Assembly (NCBI GenBank): GCA_016716265.1
Contig: JADJWQ010000004.1
Coordinates: 75,126-139,125, forward strand
Direction of reading: 5' to 3'
From: Planctomycetota bacterium
GTDB lineage: Bacteria; Planctomycetota; UBA1135; UBA2386
Length of the DNA stretch: 64,000 nt
A program made the position numbers and the translations under genes. How positions within the stretch are numbered: position 1 is the stretch's first letter; each line of letters begins with the position of its first letter. Shown piece after piece: positions 21,038 to 30,665 of this stretch. The notes beneath the pieces were generated by a model, which did not search any database, had not been told where the DNA came from, and saw only the letters and a list, made by a program, of their open reading frames with translations.

Positions 21038-21254
21038 GGATGGCGAGGGAGGCGTGAGGTAGGCCCTGCGACGGTCCTGCACGATCCTGCAGAGCCAACT
21101 CGCGCGACATGGCGGACGGGGGCTCGGCGTCAGGCCGCACGAAGGCGCGCGGTGTGCCTTCGGCAAGCGTGCGGACCCGGCCGGAATCCACGCGGTCGCA
21201 GAGGCAGCCGCTCGCCCGGACCGCTCCCCCGCGGTCCGCAGGCGTTGGCGCCGA

Positions 21255-21409
21255 TCACTCCGAGGCCGCGGCGGCGCCGATCTTCTCGAGCGTCGCCGCG
21301 AAGCTCCAGGGCATCCAGTCAGCGGGCGCCTCGGCGACGCGCTGGTGGTGGCGCTGGAGGGCGACCAGGTAGTCGAACGGGTCCGCTCCGCACAGCTCCG
21401 CGGTGTGGA
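21255..21409 (-). pseudogene. IS66-family transposase, extreme C-terminal fragment (split by the IS21-like insertion)
   Basis: Encodes 'IHTAELCGADPFDYLVALQRHHQRVAEAPADWMPWSFAATLEKIG...*', an IS66-family C-terminal signature. It joins in frame to 24956..25291. Confidence 0.75.
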
Positions 21410-21683
21410 TGTCGACGGCGCCCGAGTCCCGCGCGATTTCGGCGTTCTGATCCGCGCGTGAGGTAGTTCTGGTTCCCCGACCAGGGCACCGCCCCTGGTT
21501 GTGGTTCCCGGCGATGGCGACGAGGACGCTCACCGCCGTTTTCCCGACGGGCGGCGGCGCGGTCGCTCGGTACAACTCGCCCGGCCACCGACCTCCGTAC
21601 AGACGGAAGCCCGGCTTCTCAGGTGTGGCAACCTGCCGGGCTTCCCAACGCACGGGGATCGGGCGTGAGCCGTCTCCTCATGG

Positions 21684-22187
21684 GTGGCGGGATCTTGCGC
21701 CCTGACCCTGTGCGCGTCCAGTCCCCGGTGGCTCGAGGACATCGAGTTGGGCAGCCTCCGGGTCTTCCTGTGCGCGCTCTGCGACGCACGGGTCGCGATC
21801 TGTCGCCGGTGCGACCGCGGCAACATCTACTGCGGTGACGGCTGCGCCGTGCAGAGACGCCGGGAGAGCCAGCGCCGGTCCGAGCACCGCTACCGGACGA
21901 GCGAGCTCGGACGCCGCAACAACGCGGCCCGGCAGCGGCGGCATCGCGAGCGCCGCCGTCGCGAGCGGGATTGCGTAACGCATCAGGGTCCACCTTCGCC
22001 GCCGGTCGCGGCACAAGGTCCGGCGAGGCAGGTCGCCTCGCCCGATGAACACCACCCCAAGCCCGTGGCGCCCGACGTGGCGCCGTCTACCGAGTCGATT
22101 CCCTGCAGCTTCTGCCGCGAGCTGCACAGCCCGTTCGTGCGCACGTCGTTCCTGCGACGCCGCAGCGCGCCGCGCCGATGGCCGTGA
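21684..22187 (+). CDS. Cys-rich, zinc-ribbon-like basic protein inside the IS21-like element
   Basis: 'LCALCDARVAICRRCDRGNIYCGDGCAVQRRRESQRR...' has CxxC/CxxC spacing and fills the unusually long ~790-bp region between the left IR and istA. Function unknown. Confidence 0.4.
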   Translation: MAGSCALTLCASSPRWLEDIELGSLRVFLCALCDARVAICRRCDRGNIYCGDGCAVQRRRESQRRSEHRYRTSELGRRNNAARQRRHRERRRRERDCVTHQGPPSPPVAAQGPARQVASPDEHHPKPVAPDVAPSTESIPCSFCRELHSPFVRTSFLRRRSAPRRWP

Positions 22188-22205
22188 CGCGACGAGGAGG
22201 GCCGG

Positions 22206-23729
22206 ATGATCCCGCGTGATCTCGAGGCCGAGATCCTCCGACTCCACCACGTCGAGAAGTGGAAGGTCGGCACGATCGCCGCGCAGCTCGGCGTGCATCA
22301 CGACGTCGTCCGCCGCGTCCTGCAGCAGGACGGCATGCCGCAGTCACGACCACAGCGGCCGAGTCGGATCGACCCGTACCTGCCCTTCATCCTGGACACC
22401 CTGCATCGCTACCCGCGCTTGCCGGCGAGCCGTCTTTACGTGATGTGCAGGGAGCGCGGCTACCGCGGCAACCCGGACCACTTCCGGCACATGATCGCGC
22501 GGCATCGTCCGGAGCGCCCCAAGGAGGCGTTTCTGCGCATGACGGCGCTGCCCGGCCAGCATCGGGCAGGTCGACTGGGGTCACTTCGGCAAGCTCCAGA
22601 TCGGGCGCGCCGTGCGCGCCCTGATGGCCTTCGTGATGGTGCTGGCCTACTCGCGCCGGATCTTCCTGCGCTTCTACCTCGACCAGCGCACCAGCAGTTT
22701 CCTGCGCGGCCACGTCGCGGCCTTCGATGCATGGAACGGCGTGCCGAGGACCCTGCTCTACGACAACCTCAAAAGCGCCGTCCTCGAGCGTCGTGGTGAT
22801 GCGATCCGCTTCAATCCGCTGCTGGTCGACTTCGCGCGCCACCACCGCTACGAGATCCGGCCGGTCGCGGTTGCGCGCGGCAACGAGAAGGGCCGCGTCG
22901 AACGCGCGATCCGCTACATCCGCACGTCCTTCTGGCCGGCGCGCTCGTGGCGCGATCTCGACGACCTCAACGACCAGGCCACCGACTGGTGCGACAGCCA
23001 CGCGATGGACCGTGCCTGGCCCGGCGACCGGACCCGGACCGTGGCCGATGTCTTCGCCGAGGAGCAGCCGCGTCTGCTCTCGCTACCGGAGGCTGCGTAC
23101 CCGACCGAAGAGCGCAACGAGGTGCGCGTCGGCAAGACCCCGCACGTCCGCTTCGACGGCAACGACTACTCGGTGCCGCACGAGCTCGCCCAGCGGTCCG
23201 TCGAGCTGCGGGCCTCGCTCGAGCAGGTGCGGATCCTGCACGAGGGCCAGTCGTCGCCACGCATCCGCGGTCGTTCGACCGCGGTCAGGTGATCGAGGAT
23301 CTCGCGCACGTGCACGGTCTGCGCAAGGCCAAGGGCGAGCTGCGTCGGCATCGTGCGCAGGACCGGCTGGCGCAGGCGGCACCGAGCAGCCAGCAGCTGT
23401 TCGTCCGGATCGCCGAGCAGGGCTTCAACCTCGGGCGGTCGACGCAGCTGATCGTGCAGCTGCTCGACCGACACGGCGCCGTCCGTCTCGAGCAGGCGAT
23501 CCGCGAAGCTCTCGCTGCCGGGCACCCACAGCCACCACGCCCTGCGCCACATCCTCGAGCGGATGCGCCACGACGAGGGCGACCACCCGCGGTGCCGGCG
23601 AAGTTGCCGGAGGATCCGCGCGTGCGCGACCTCGCGGTACGGCCACCGGAGCTCGGCAGCTACGACGCGCTGCTCGACGGACCGCAGGACCAGACCTCGA
23701 AGGAGGCCGACGATGTCACGACGGACTGA
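22206..23729 (+). pseudogene. istA: IS21-family transposase IstA with multiple frameshifts
   Basis: N-terminal HTH '[33 protein letters not shown]', then the core '[31 protein letters not shown]...[13 protein letters not shown]...[17 protein letters not shown]'. The sequence is spread over frames 0/1/0/1/0, with shifts near 22560, 23255, 23520 and 23590. Confidence 0.8.
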
Positions 23730-24490
23730 CGAGGCACTGAAGGAGCAGGCCCGGCGACTGGGCCTGTGGGGCCTGCTGGCGAACTGGGAGACGCTGGGGC
23801 GCGAGTCGTGGGTGTGCGACTACCTTGACACCGAGGACGACGTTTGGCAGCAGCGCAGCCTCGAAGCGGCGCGTCCGCAATGCGAAGCTCGGTCGCTTCA
23901 AGACGATGGCCGACTTCGACTGGCAGTGGCCCGAGAAGATCGACCGCGATCACGTCGACGACGTCCTGGGCCTCGGCTTCATGGACGAGAACGCCAACGT
24001 CGTCATCGCCGGACCCAACGGAGTCGGCAAGACGACGATCGCACAGAACCTCGGCTACCAGGCGCTGATGAAGGGCCACACCGTGCTGCGGGTGACCGCG
24101 AGCGAGATGCTCAACGACCTCGCCGCGCAGGAGTCGTCGGTCGCGCTCGCGCGGCGGCTCCGGCGCTACTGCAACCCGGCTCTGCTGATCGTCGACGAGA
24201 TCGGCTACCTGAGCTACGACAGCCGGTGCGGCGACCTGCTCTTCGAGGTCGTCAGCCGTCGCCACGAGCTTCGGTCGACGGTGCTGACGACCAACAAGGC
24301 CTTCTCGGAGTGGACCGAGGTCTTCTCGAACGCCTCGTGCGTGACCGCGCTGATCGACCGCCTGGTCCACCGCGCCGAGATCGTCAAGATCGAGGGACGG
24401 TCCTACCGGGAGAAGGAGGCCCACGAACGCAACGCGCGCAGGGCGGCAGAACGGGGACGGAAGTCGCGAGCCGCCAAGGCGCGGTCGTGA
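23713..24490 (+). pseudogene. istB: IS21-family ATP-binding helper IstB, frameshifted
   Basis: AGGAGG then ATG at 23713 (MSRRTDEALKEQARRLGLWGLL...). A frame change near 23865 leads into 'NAKLGRFKTMADFDWQWP...VIAGPNGVGKTTIA...LLIVDEIGYL...TTNKAFSEW' (Walker A and B motifs). Confidence 0.8.
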
Positions 24491-24930
24491 GCGGCACCCC
24501 GCGGCGGCCGCCACCCAAGCCCCCGCGACCGGAACTCGTGCGACGGCCGCATGGCGCCTTCGGATGGCTCGCGGCCGAACTGCTCCACGATCGTTGGCTC
24601 GCCGACCTCGGGCCACACGCGACTGCGATCCTCGTGCTGCTCGCGATCGCTGCCGATCGCCACGGCGCGTCCTTCTACGGTCGTGATCGCATGGCCGGCG
24701 TGCTCGGCATCACACGGCAGCACGTCGACGCTGCGCTCGCGCGTCTCCTCGACTTCGGCCTCGTCACCTTCCGGCCCTGGCGGGCCGGTGGTCAGGACGG
24801 CGTCTGGCAGCTCCTGCCGCTGCCGGTTCGCTCGGCTAACGCGCGGTCCGGCGCTAACAGGGAACTGTCGATCGCCGAGGTGCTACGCACCCTCGGCTTC
24901 CAGCCCCGGCAGGGCCACACCGCCGAATAG
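24487..24930 (+). CDS. putative winged-helix/HTH protein, fourth ORF of the IS21-like element
   Basis: GTG overlaps the istB stop (GTGA). 'ILVLLAIAADRHGASFYGRDRMAGVLGITRQHVDAALARLLDFGLVTF' looks HTH-like. Confidence 0.45.
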   Translation: MSGTPRRPPPKPPRPELVRRPHGAFGWLAAELLHDRWLADLGPHATAILVLLAIAADRHGASFYGRDRMAGVLGITRQHVDAALARLLDFGLVTFRPWRAGGQDGVWQLLPLPVRSANARSGANRELSIAEVLRTLGFQPRQGHTAE

Positions 24931-24955
24931 GCGCGGATCCCGACCGCCGCCTACA

Positions 24956-25291
24956 GTGGATCAGGCTCATGAACAGGTCGCCGACCCGAGCGCCGTTCGG
25001 GGTCTTGTAGAACATCGCGTTCTTGCGGTGGAGGATCGCCTTCTTCAGCGCACGCTCGCAGATGTTGTTGTCGAGTGGCGCTCCCGGCTCGCGCAGGAAC
25101 AGCGTCAGCCCGGCCCAGTGCTTTCGCATGTAGACGATCGACTCGCCGAGGCTGGAGTTCGGCTCGACCTTGCGGTCTTCGATCTGGTCCTCGAGCCAGC
25201 CTTCGAGCGCCGCCATGAGCGGCTGGCTGCGCTCCTGGTGCAGCGCGAGCCCGTCCTGTCCGGAAACTCGACTGGCTTGCTGCGGAACGAC
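24956..25291 (-). pseudogene. IS66-family transposase, internal/C-terminal fragment
   Basis: '[17 protein letters not shown]...[68 protein letters not shown]'. The frame is closed by TAA at 25292-25294, so the N-terminal ~2/3 of the gene is missing. Confidence 0.75.
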
Positions 25292-25483
25292 TTAGAGTCT
25301 TTCGGCCCACCGCACCAAAGGGGACTTGAGCGGCGACATCGGCACTTCAGTCGCAATTCGCCACGATGGCGGAATCTCAAACCGCCGGCTGCGCCGGTCG
25401 CCTGGGCACCACCCGAAACGGTCCGGCGCAACGCCGTAACTCGTGTAATGACAACGCGGACCAGTTTCGGACAGGACGGGCAA

Positions 25484-25929
25484 TAGCCCCAGGTCGAGTT
25501 CTCGGCGGCCACGCGGACGATCAGTGTCCGGATCTCCTTCATGATCCCGGGCCGACCGACGCGGCGAGACGGGTAGGTCCACTTCGCGGCGATCAGTCGG
25601 CGGTGCCAGTGGAGGATGGTGTCGGGCGTGACGATGGTCGCGACGCGGGCGAGGTTTCGCCGGCCCAGTGCGGCGCCCTTGGCCGCGAGACGGCGGCGCT
25701 GGTCATCGGTCAGGCGGAGTCGCCGGCTACCGAGCTGTTCTCGGAGAACGCGGTTCTCCGCGATCAGTTACGCGATGGCCCGCGCCTGCTCGCGGTGAAC
25801 CCAGCCGGCGGGGCGATCGGGATTAGGTGGAGGGGCTGGAACCGGAGCACGGCGCGAGCGATCGTGGCGGTCGAGCGCAAGTTCGTAAGTCCACGGAGCG
25901 CAGCGCGTTCGACCTTTCGGACAGCACGG
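25484..25929 (-). mobile_element. 5' fragment of the rve-type IS, copy C (truncated)
   Basis: About 90% or more nt identity by eye to 17010..17388 of copy A. Encodes '...[88 protein letters not shown]' and has an in-frame TAA earlier. Confidence 0.7.
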
Positions 25930-26109
25930 CTTCACCTTCGCGGAAACGAGGAACTGCCGGATTTGCCGGGTCGTTCCCGTCACGTATCGCGGCGCCGACT
26001 CGTTCGCCTCCAGCGTCGCCCTGTACTGCGGGAGTTCGGGCGTCTTGCTACCGGTTGTCCTTCGTGGTCGGCCGGCGTCGGCTGCGGGTTCGGGCGTTCC
26101 GCGCCAGGC

Positions 26110-27558
26110 CTACCGTTCGCTGCCGTACTCCCGTCGCAATCGCTCGAGGACCGCGGCAGCCAGCTCTGTTCTGTCGCGGTGGGCGAACGCCTCGGCGAAC
26201 GGGTCACCGGTGCGCTGCATGAGGGCGAGGAGCTCAGCTCGCAGCGCGTCGATCTCGGCCTGCCGCGAGGAGTCGGCGATGAGATTGGTCCGTTCGCAGC
26301 GGTCGTCCGTCAGGTCATAGAACTCCTCGGGCACCCGGTGGAGATAGAACTCGGTCCGCGCCTCGAGCTGCGGGTCGGTGGCGGCGGCGGCGAGCATGGC
26401 CTTCCACGACAGGCCGGCCATGTTCTCCGTGTAGTACTGCCGCTGGCCGTCGCTCCACGCGTTCCAAATGTAGGAACGGTCCTTGGTGCGGATGCAGCGC
26501 ATCGGCAGCCACCGGTTGCCGAAGGCGGCGTTGTAGAAGGTGAACACACGGTCCCAGCCGGCCATCGGCTTGCCCTGGATGGCGGGCAGGAACGAGCGGC
26601 CGTCGATGTCGGGGAGTGGCGGCAGGCCGGCTGCGTCCAGCAGCGTGGGGGCGAAGTCGAGCGTCGAGACGAGATGGTCGGAGTCCACGCGGCCGGGCTC
26701 GACCAGCCCGGGCCAGCGCACGATCAGCGCGCCCCGCGAACTGTTCTCGTAGTCGTTGGACTTGGCGAAGGGAAAGGACATGCCGTGGTCGCCGGCGTAG
26801 AAGACCACCAGCGTGTTCTCCGCGAAGCCCTCTTCCTCGAGGACCCCGAGCACGGCGCCCAGCGCGTCGTCGAGACGCCTCACGTTGGTGTAGTAGCCCG
26901 CCAGCTCCCTACGGATCTCTGGCAGATCCTCGAGGAAGCCCGGAACTCTGGTCACCTCTTCTGGCTGTATCCAGCGGCTGGGCGGCTCGCCTCCCGCCAG
27001 GTCGGCCGGTCCCTTGATGCCGATGAACGGGCGATGGGGGTCGTAGCAGTTGACGTTGTGGAAGAAGGGGCGACCCTGCTCGCGGGCCATTCGCACGAAC
27101 GTCCGGGTTGCCGCTGCGAGTTGGGACGGGTGCCGGCTGATGGTGTCGTCGGCGACGTCGACGCAGAAGCTCTCGGCCGGCTGGTGGTGCCGACCCTTGC
27201 CGAACATGGAGATCAGGTAGCCGGCGGCATGCAACTGCTGATTGAGCGTGCGCACTTCGGGCCGAATCGGGAAGAAGCCCATGGAGCCGCTGCGGTGGGG
27301 GTAGAGCCCGGTCTGCATGATCTGCCGCACGGGCTGGCAGACTGCGACCGTCGAGTAGGCGTATTCGAAGCGCACGCCCTCGGCCGCGAGACGATCGAAG
27401 TTGGGCGTCAGGTCCTCGATCGGGCCGCCGCACACGCCGGCCGAGTCGTGGTTCATGTCATCCGCTGTGAAGAACAGGATGTTGATGCGCTGTGCGGGAG
27501 CGTGGAACGCGGTCAGCGCCATGATCAGCGCCGCGAGAATCGGAGTGCGCGGTTTCAT
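26110..27558 (-). CDS. secreted sulfatase (Cys-type, formylglycine-dependent)
   Basis: ATG at 27558 gives MKPRTPILAALIMALTAFHAPAQ, a signal peptide. Motifs 'ILFFTADDMNHD', the CxPxR motif 'AVCQPVRQIMQTGLYPHRSG', and 'YAGDHGMSFP'. Confidence 0.9.
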   Translation of the reverse strand: MKPRTPILAALIMALTAFHAPAQRINILFFTADDMNHDSAGVCGGPIEDLTPNFDRLAAEGVRFEYAYSTVAVCQPVRQIMQTGLYPHRSGSMGFFPIRPEVRTLNQQLHAAGYLISMFGKGRHHQPAESFCVDVADDTISRHPSQLAAATRTFVRMAREQGRPFFHNVNCYDPHRPFIGIKGPADLAGGEPPSRWIQPEEVTRVPGFLEDLPEIRRELAGYYTNVRRLDDALGAVLGVLEEEGFAENTLVVFYAGDHGMSFPFAKSNDYENSSRGALIVRWPGLVEPGRVDSDHLVSTLDFAPTLLDAAGLPPLPDIDGRSFLPAIQGKPMAGWDRVFTFYNAAFGNRWLPMRCIRTKDRSYIWNAWSDGQRQYYTENMAGLSWKAMLAAAATDPQLEARTEFYLHRVPEEFYDLTDDRCERTNLIADSSRQAEIDALRAELLALMQRTGDPFAEAFAHRDRTELAAAVLERLRREYGSER

Positions 27559-27938
27559 CTCGGATCGGTCTCCTGCTGCCGAGGAGGGAACGCGGCTCGG
27601 CACGAGGTGTCCAGGGGGCGTTGGAGCCGTTCGCGTTGCGCTCCGGAGAGGGGCTCGAGGTTCATATGGTGCAGCGGACCGGGCACGCCGGAAGAAGATC
27701 GCTGCTGCAACGCTGTCCAAGGAGACCCGCGTCTCGGAAGCCCGGTCGTCGCGCCGGGGCCTTCCGGCACGTGCGGTAGACCGTCCTGTCCGAAAGGTGA
27801 GCCGACACGGTTCCGGCAGTCCACCTGACACGATCCGCCGGTGTCCGCGCGTGGACAACGTTCTTCTCGGAATAGCCCGGGCAGACCGATCCCGTTCAGC
27901 GACCCGGTTTCTCTCGAACTGCGGACCACGCCGGGCCG

Positions 27939-28970
27939 TCAGGCCACAGGTGCGTAGTGGCGCAGCAGGCCGCCGAGCCGCTCGGTCTCGCGGACGTCGC
28001 CCCCGCCGGCGTGGCCGTCTTCCGGTCGTCGCGGCATGAGCGCGTTGCCCACTCCTCGCGATGGCCGCTCGCGGTTGTGGTGCACTGCGTACTCCCGCAG
28101 CGCCCGGCGAAGCATGCCTCGTTCGAACAGCACTGGCCGGTCGAGACACTCTCTCTGCACCGAGCGCCCGGTGACCGCGTTCATATCTGCAGCCTGGTTG
28201 GAGGTCGCCACCGAACACATGCCGACGTCGGTCAGGATGCGCTCGAACTGGCGGCTGAACTTCGTGTCAGGATCGAAGATCAGAAGCCGCCCGGCGCGGA
28301 GGAAGCCGTCGCCATGGTCGGTCAGGTTGCGCGCAAACTGCGCCATGAAGGCGCCGTCAGTGTCGGTGGTGACGCCAGCGATCTCGGGGGCGCGCATCGC
28401 GAACGATCACGAAGAGCACGTAGTGCGTGAACAGCCAGCGCGCGGTCCGGACCTCGGCGGTGAGGAGGTCGGCGTCGGCGATGGCGTCGGCGTGCCACCG
28501 AGAGAGGGTACGCCAGGATGTCGACCGATCCGGTCACGACCTGTTCCCGCGCTCCTTCAGCGTCCTGGCGATCGTCGACCTGGCGACGCGGCGGCCGAGC
28601 TTGCTCACCGCGCCCTGGATGCGGCAATGGCACGGGCCGAGCCGTCGGCGGCCATGCGGACGATGAGCGCTCGAATCTCCTTCATGTTCCCTGGCCGGCC
28701 GACCACCGCGGCGACCAGGTCCACTTCGCCGCGATCGGCCGTCGGTGCCAGCGCAGGATGGTGTCGCGAGTGACGATCGTTGCCGCGCGAGAGTGGAATC
28801 GGCATCCCGGCGTGGAGCCCCTCGCTACGAAGCGTCGGCGCTGGCCGTCGGTCAGGTGTCGCCGCCGTATTGCGGGCTGTGCTGCGATGGCGCGGACCAC
28901 GTCGGCCAGTCAGGTACCGATCGGGGCGTGCGCACGGTAGGACCCAGCCGCTGCCCGTGGTCAGGAGGAG
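27939..28970 (-). pseudogene. rve-type IS, copy D, heavily decayed (many frameshifts)
   Basis: Pieces in several frames: '...TIVTRDTILRWHRRPIAAKW', 'RPGNMKEIRALIVRMAAD', 'FMAQFARNLTDHGDGFLRAGRLLIFDPDTKFS', 'HNRERPSRGVGNALM...ERLGGLLRHYAPVA*'. Confidence 0.6.
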
Positions 28971-29197
28971 GCGTAGGGGCTGCCGTCCAGGCACGCAGGT
29001 TGGGCAGTGCCGGCGGAGCAGCGGGCCTGTGAGTTCGCGAATCGCCGCGGGTTCGAACTTGCGGACAGCACCCCCACGGCGGGCCGCGAGGTCGCGCACT
29101 TCGGTATCATGGGCCGATCGCGGAGCGACGCCGCGGGCGAGATGCGGGCATTCGCGGCGATCCGACTTCGCGGCCGCTGAGCCGAGGTAGCCTCCCG

Positions 29198-29626
29198 ATG
29201 AACCGAAACCGATCGACAGCGGCGCGCTGTGCGCGCTTCCTGCTCGTGCTGCTGGTGTCCTCGCTCTGGCTCGTCGCCTGTACGGGGCCCGAGCCCGCCG
29301 ACGACGGCCCCGGCGCTCGTCGCCTGTCGACCGCGCTGGTCGATGCACGGATCGAGAAGGGCATGAGCTCCGGCGAGGTCCTCGAGGTTCTCGGTACGCC
29401 GAACATCCAGGCGACCGACGGCGAGGGGGGGCGCGTGTGGACCTGGGACAAGGTCTCGACCGATCGTGTCGACGAGCGCAGCTCGGTCTTCGGCACGCTG
29501 CTGGTGCTCGGCGCCAGCTCTTCGAGCCGCAGCAGCTCGACGACGCAGCGCACGCTGACGATCGTGATCAAGTTCGACGCCGACGACCGGGTCAAGGACG
29601 TTGCCTACCACGCGACGCAGTTCTGA
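29198..29626 (+). CDS. lipoprotein, possibly BamE/SmpA_OmlA-like fold
   Basis: Lipobox 'SLWLVAC'. 'IEKGMSSGEVLEVLGTPNIQ...WTW' resembles the BamE-type motif. Includes a Ser-rich stretch. Confidence 0.6.
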   Translation: MNRNRSTAARCARFLLVLLVSSLWLVACTGPEPADDGPGARRLSTALVDARIEKGMSSGEVLEVLGTPNIQATDGEGGRVWTWDKVSTDRVDERSSVFGTLLVLGASSSSRSSSTTQRTLTIVIKFDADDRVKDVAYHATQF

Positions 29627-30215
29627 GTGGCGACGGCGCCCGTTCGCGATTGCTGCCCTGCTGGCCGTGGCCGGGCTCACCGGCTGCGTCGTGCGCGCGA
29701 CGCCCGCCGAACATTTCACGCTGTCTCCCGAGGCGCCGAAGTGGCGTGCGGCGCAGACCCGGATCTTCGAGACCGCGGATATCGACGAGCTGCTGTCGGC
29801 GTCTGCTGCGGTATTGCAGGATCTCGGATTCCACGTCGTGGAGAGCGAGCGCGAGCTGGGGTTCCTGCGCGGCACCAAGGAGCGGAGCGCGCGGAGCTAC
29901 TCCGAGGGCATCCTGCGTGGCCTGATGCTCGCGGCGACGCTCGGCCGCGTCTGGGTGCCCGTCGACCTCCAACAGCGCATCGGCGCCACCGTGGTCGTCA
30001 TGCCGGTCGAGGGTCCGAGCGATCTGCCGGGCGTCTCACGGCTCGCGGTGCGCGTCAGCATCCACCGCGCGATCTGGCAGGGCGCGGGACAGACCGACCG
30101 GACGGCGATCCCGCCCGGCAGCCGGCGTCTCGTCATGGTCCGCGATCCGGAGATCTACCAGACCTTCTTCGCACGGCTCTCGAAGGCCGTGTTCCTCGAA
30201 GCCTACACGTTGTGA
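29601..30215 (+). CDS. lipoprotein, member 1 of a tandem paralog family
   Basis: TTG start, lipobox 'VAGLTGC'. Shared family blocks: 'R.FE..D......A....LQDLGF.V', a central V.V/VR block, and C-terminal 'RDPEIYQTFFARL'. Confidence 0.6.
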   Translation: MPTTRRSSEWRRRPFAIAALLAVAGLTGCVVRATPAEHFTLSPEAPKWRAAQTRIFETADIDELLSASAAVLQDLGFHVVESERELGFLRGTKERSARSYSEGILRGLMLAATLGRVWVPVDLQQRIGATVVVMPVEGPSDLPGVSRLAVRVSIHRAIWQGAGQTDRTAIPPGSRRLVMVRDPEIYQTFFARLSKAVFLEAYTL

Positions 30216-30226
30216 GCACGCCGGCC

Positions 30227-30664
30227 ATGCGAACTGCGTTCCGGGTCATCGCTCTCGCGTCTGCGCTGTTCGCCCTGTGCCCGGGCGCCTGCTCCGCGCC
30301 CGAGCCGAGCGAGGATCTGCTGACGCCGCAGGAGGAACAGACCCGCATGCGCGCCTACCAGAGCCGGAGCTTCGAGGTCGCGGATCGCACGACCGCGATG
30401 CGGGCGGTGCTCAGCGTGCTGCAGGACCTCGGCTTCATCATCGAGCGGGCGAACGAGCCGCTCGGTCTGGTCAGTGCCGCCCGCTTCGACGAACGCTCGT
30501 TCGGCAGCTTGGTGGCGATCACCGTCACCGTGCGGGCCGAGAGCGAGTCCCGGATGCTCGTCCGCGCGAACGCCATCTACGACCAGCGCCCGATCCGGGA
30601 CCCCGAGATCTACCAGCAGTTCTTCGCGGCGCTGCAGCGCTCCCTGTTCCTGACCGAGCACTGA
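30227..30664 (+). CDS. lipoprotein, member 2 of the paralog family
   Basis: ATG at 30227. Signal/lipobox 'ALFALCPGAC'. Family blocks 'SRSFEVADRTTAMRAVLSVLQDLGFIIE', 'VTVRAESESRMLVRAN' and 'RDPEIYQQFFAALQRSLF'. Confidence 0.65.
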   Translation: MRTAFRVIALASALFALCPGACSAPEPSEDLLTPQEEQTRMRAYQSRSFEVADRTTAMRAVLSVLQDLGFIIERANEPLGLVSAARFDERSFGSLVAITVTVRAESESRMLVRANAIYDQRPIRDPEIYQQFFAALQRSLFLTEH

Positions 30665-30665
30665 G

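Larger units (their letters stand above)
21410..24955 (+). mobile_element. IS21-family element (4 ORFs, decayed) inserted in the IS66-like transposase gene
   Basis: Imperfect terminal inverted repeats: TGTCGACGGCGCCCGAGTCCCGCGC on the left and TGTAGGCGGCGGTCGGGATCCGCGC on the right (reverse complement), 18 of 26 positions matching. Flanked by a 5-bp direct repeat GTGGA at 21405-21409 and 24956-24960. Removing the element restores '...MSLIHTAEL...'. Confidence 0.8.

Noticed and set aside
27555-27929. 124-aa minus-strand ORF upstream of the sulfatase.
   Set aside because: It overlaps the sulfatase start region, has no features, and is probably promoter or leader DNA.
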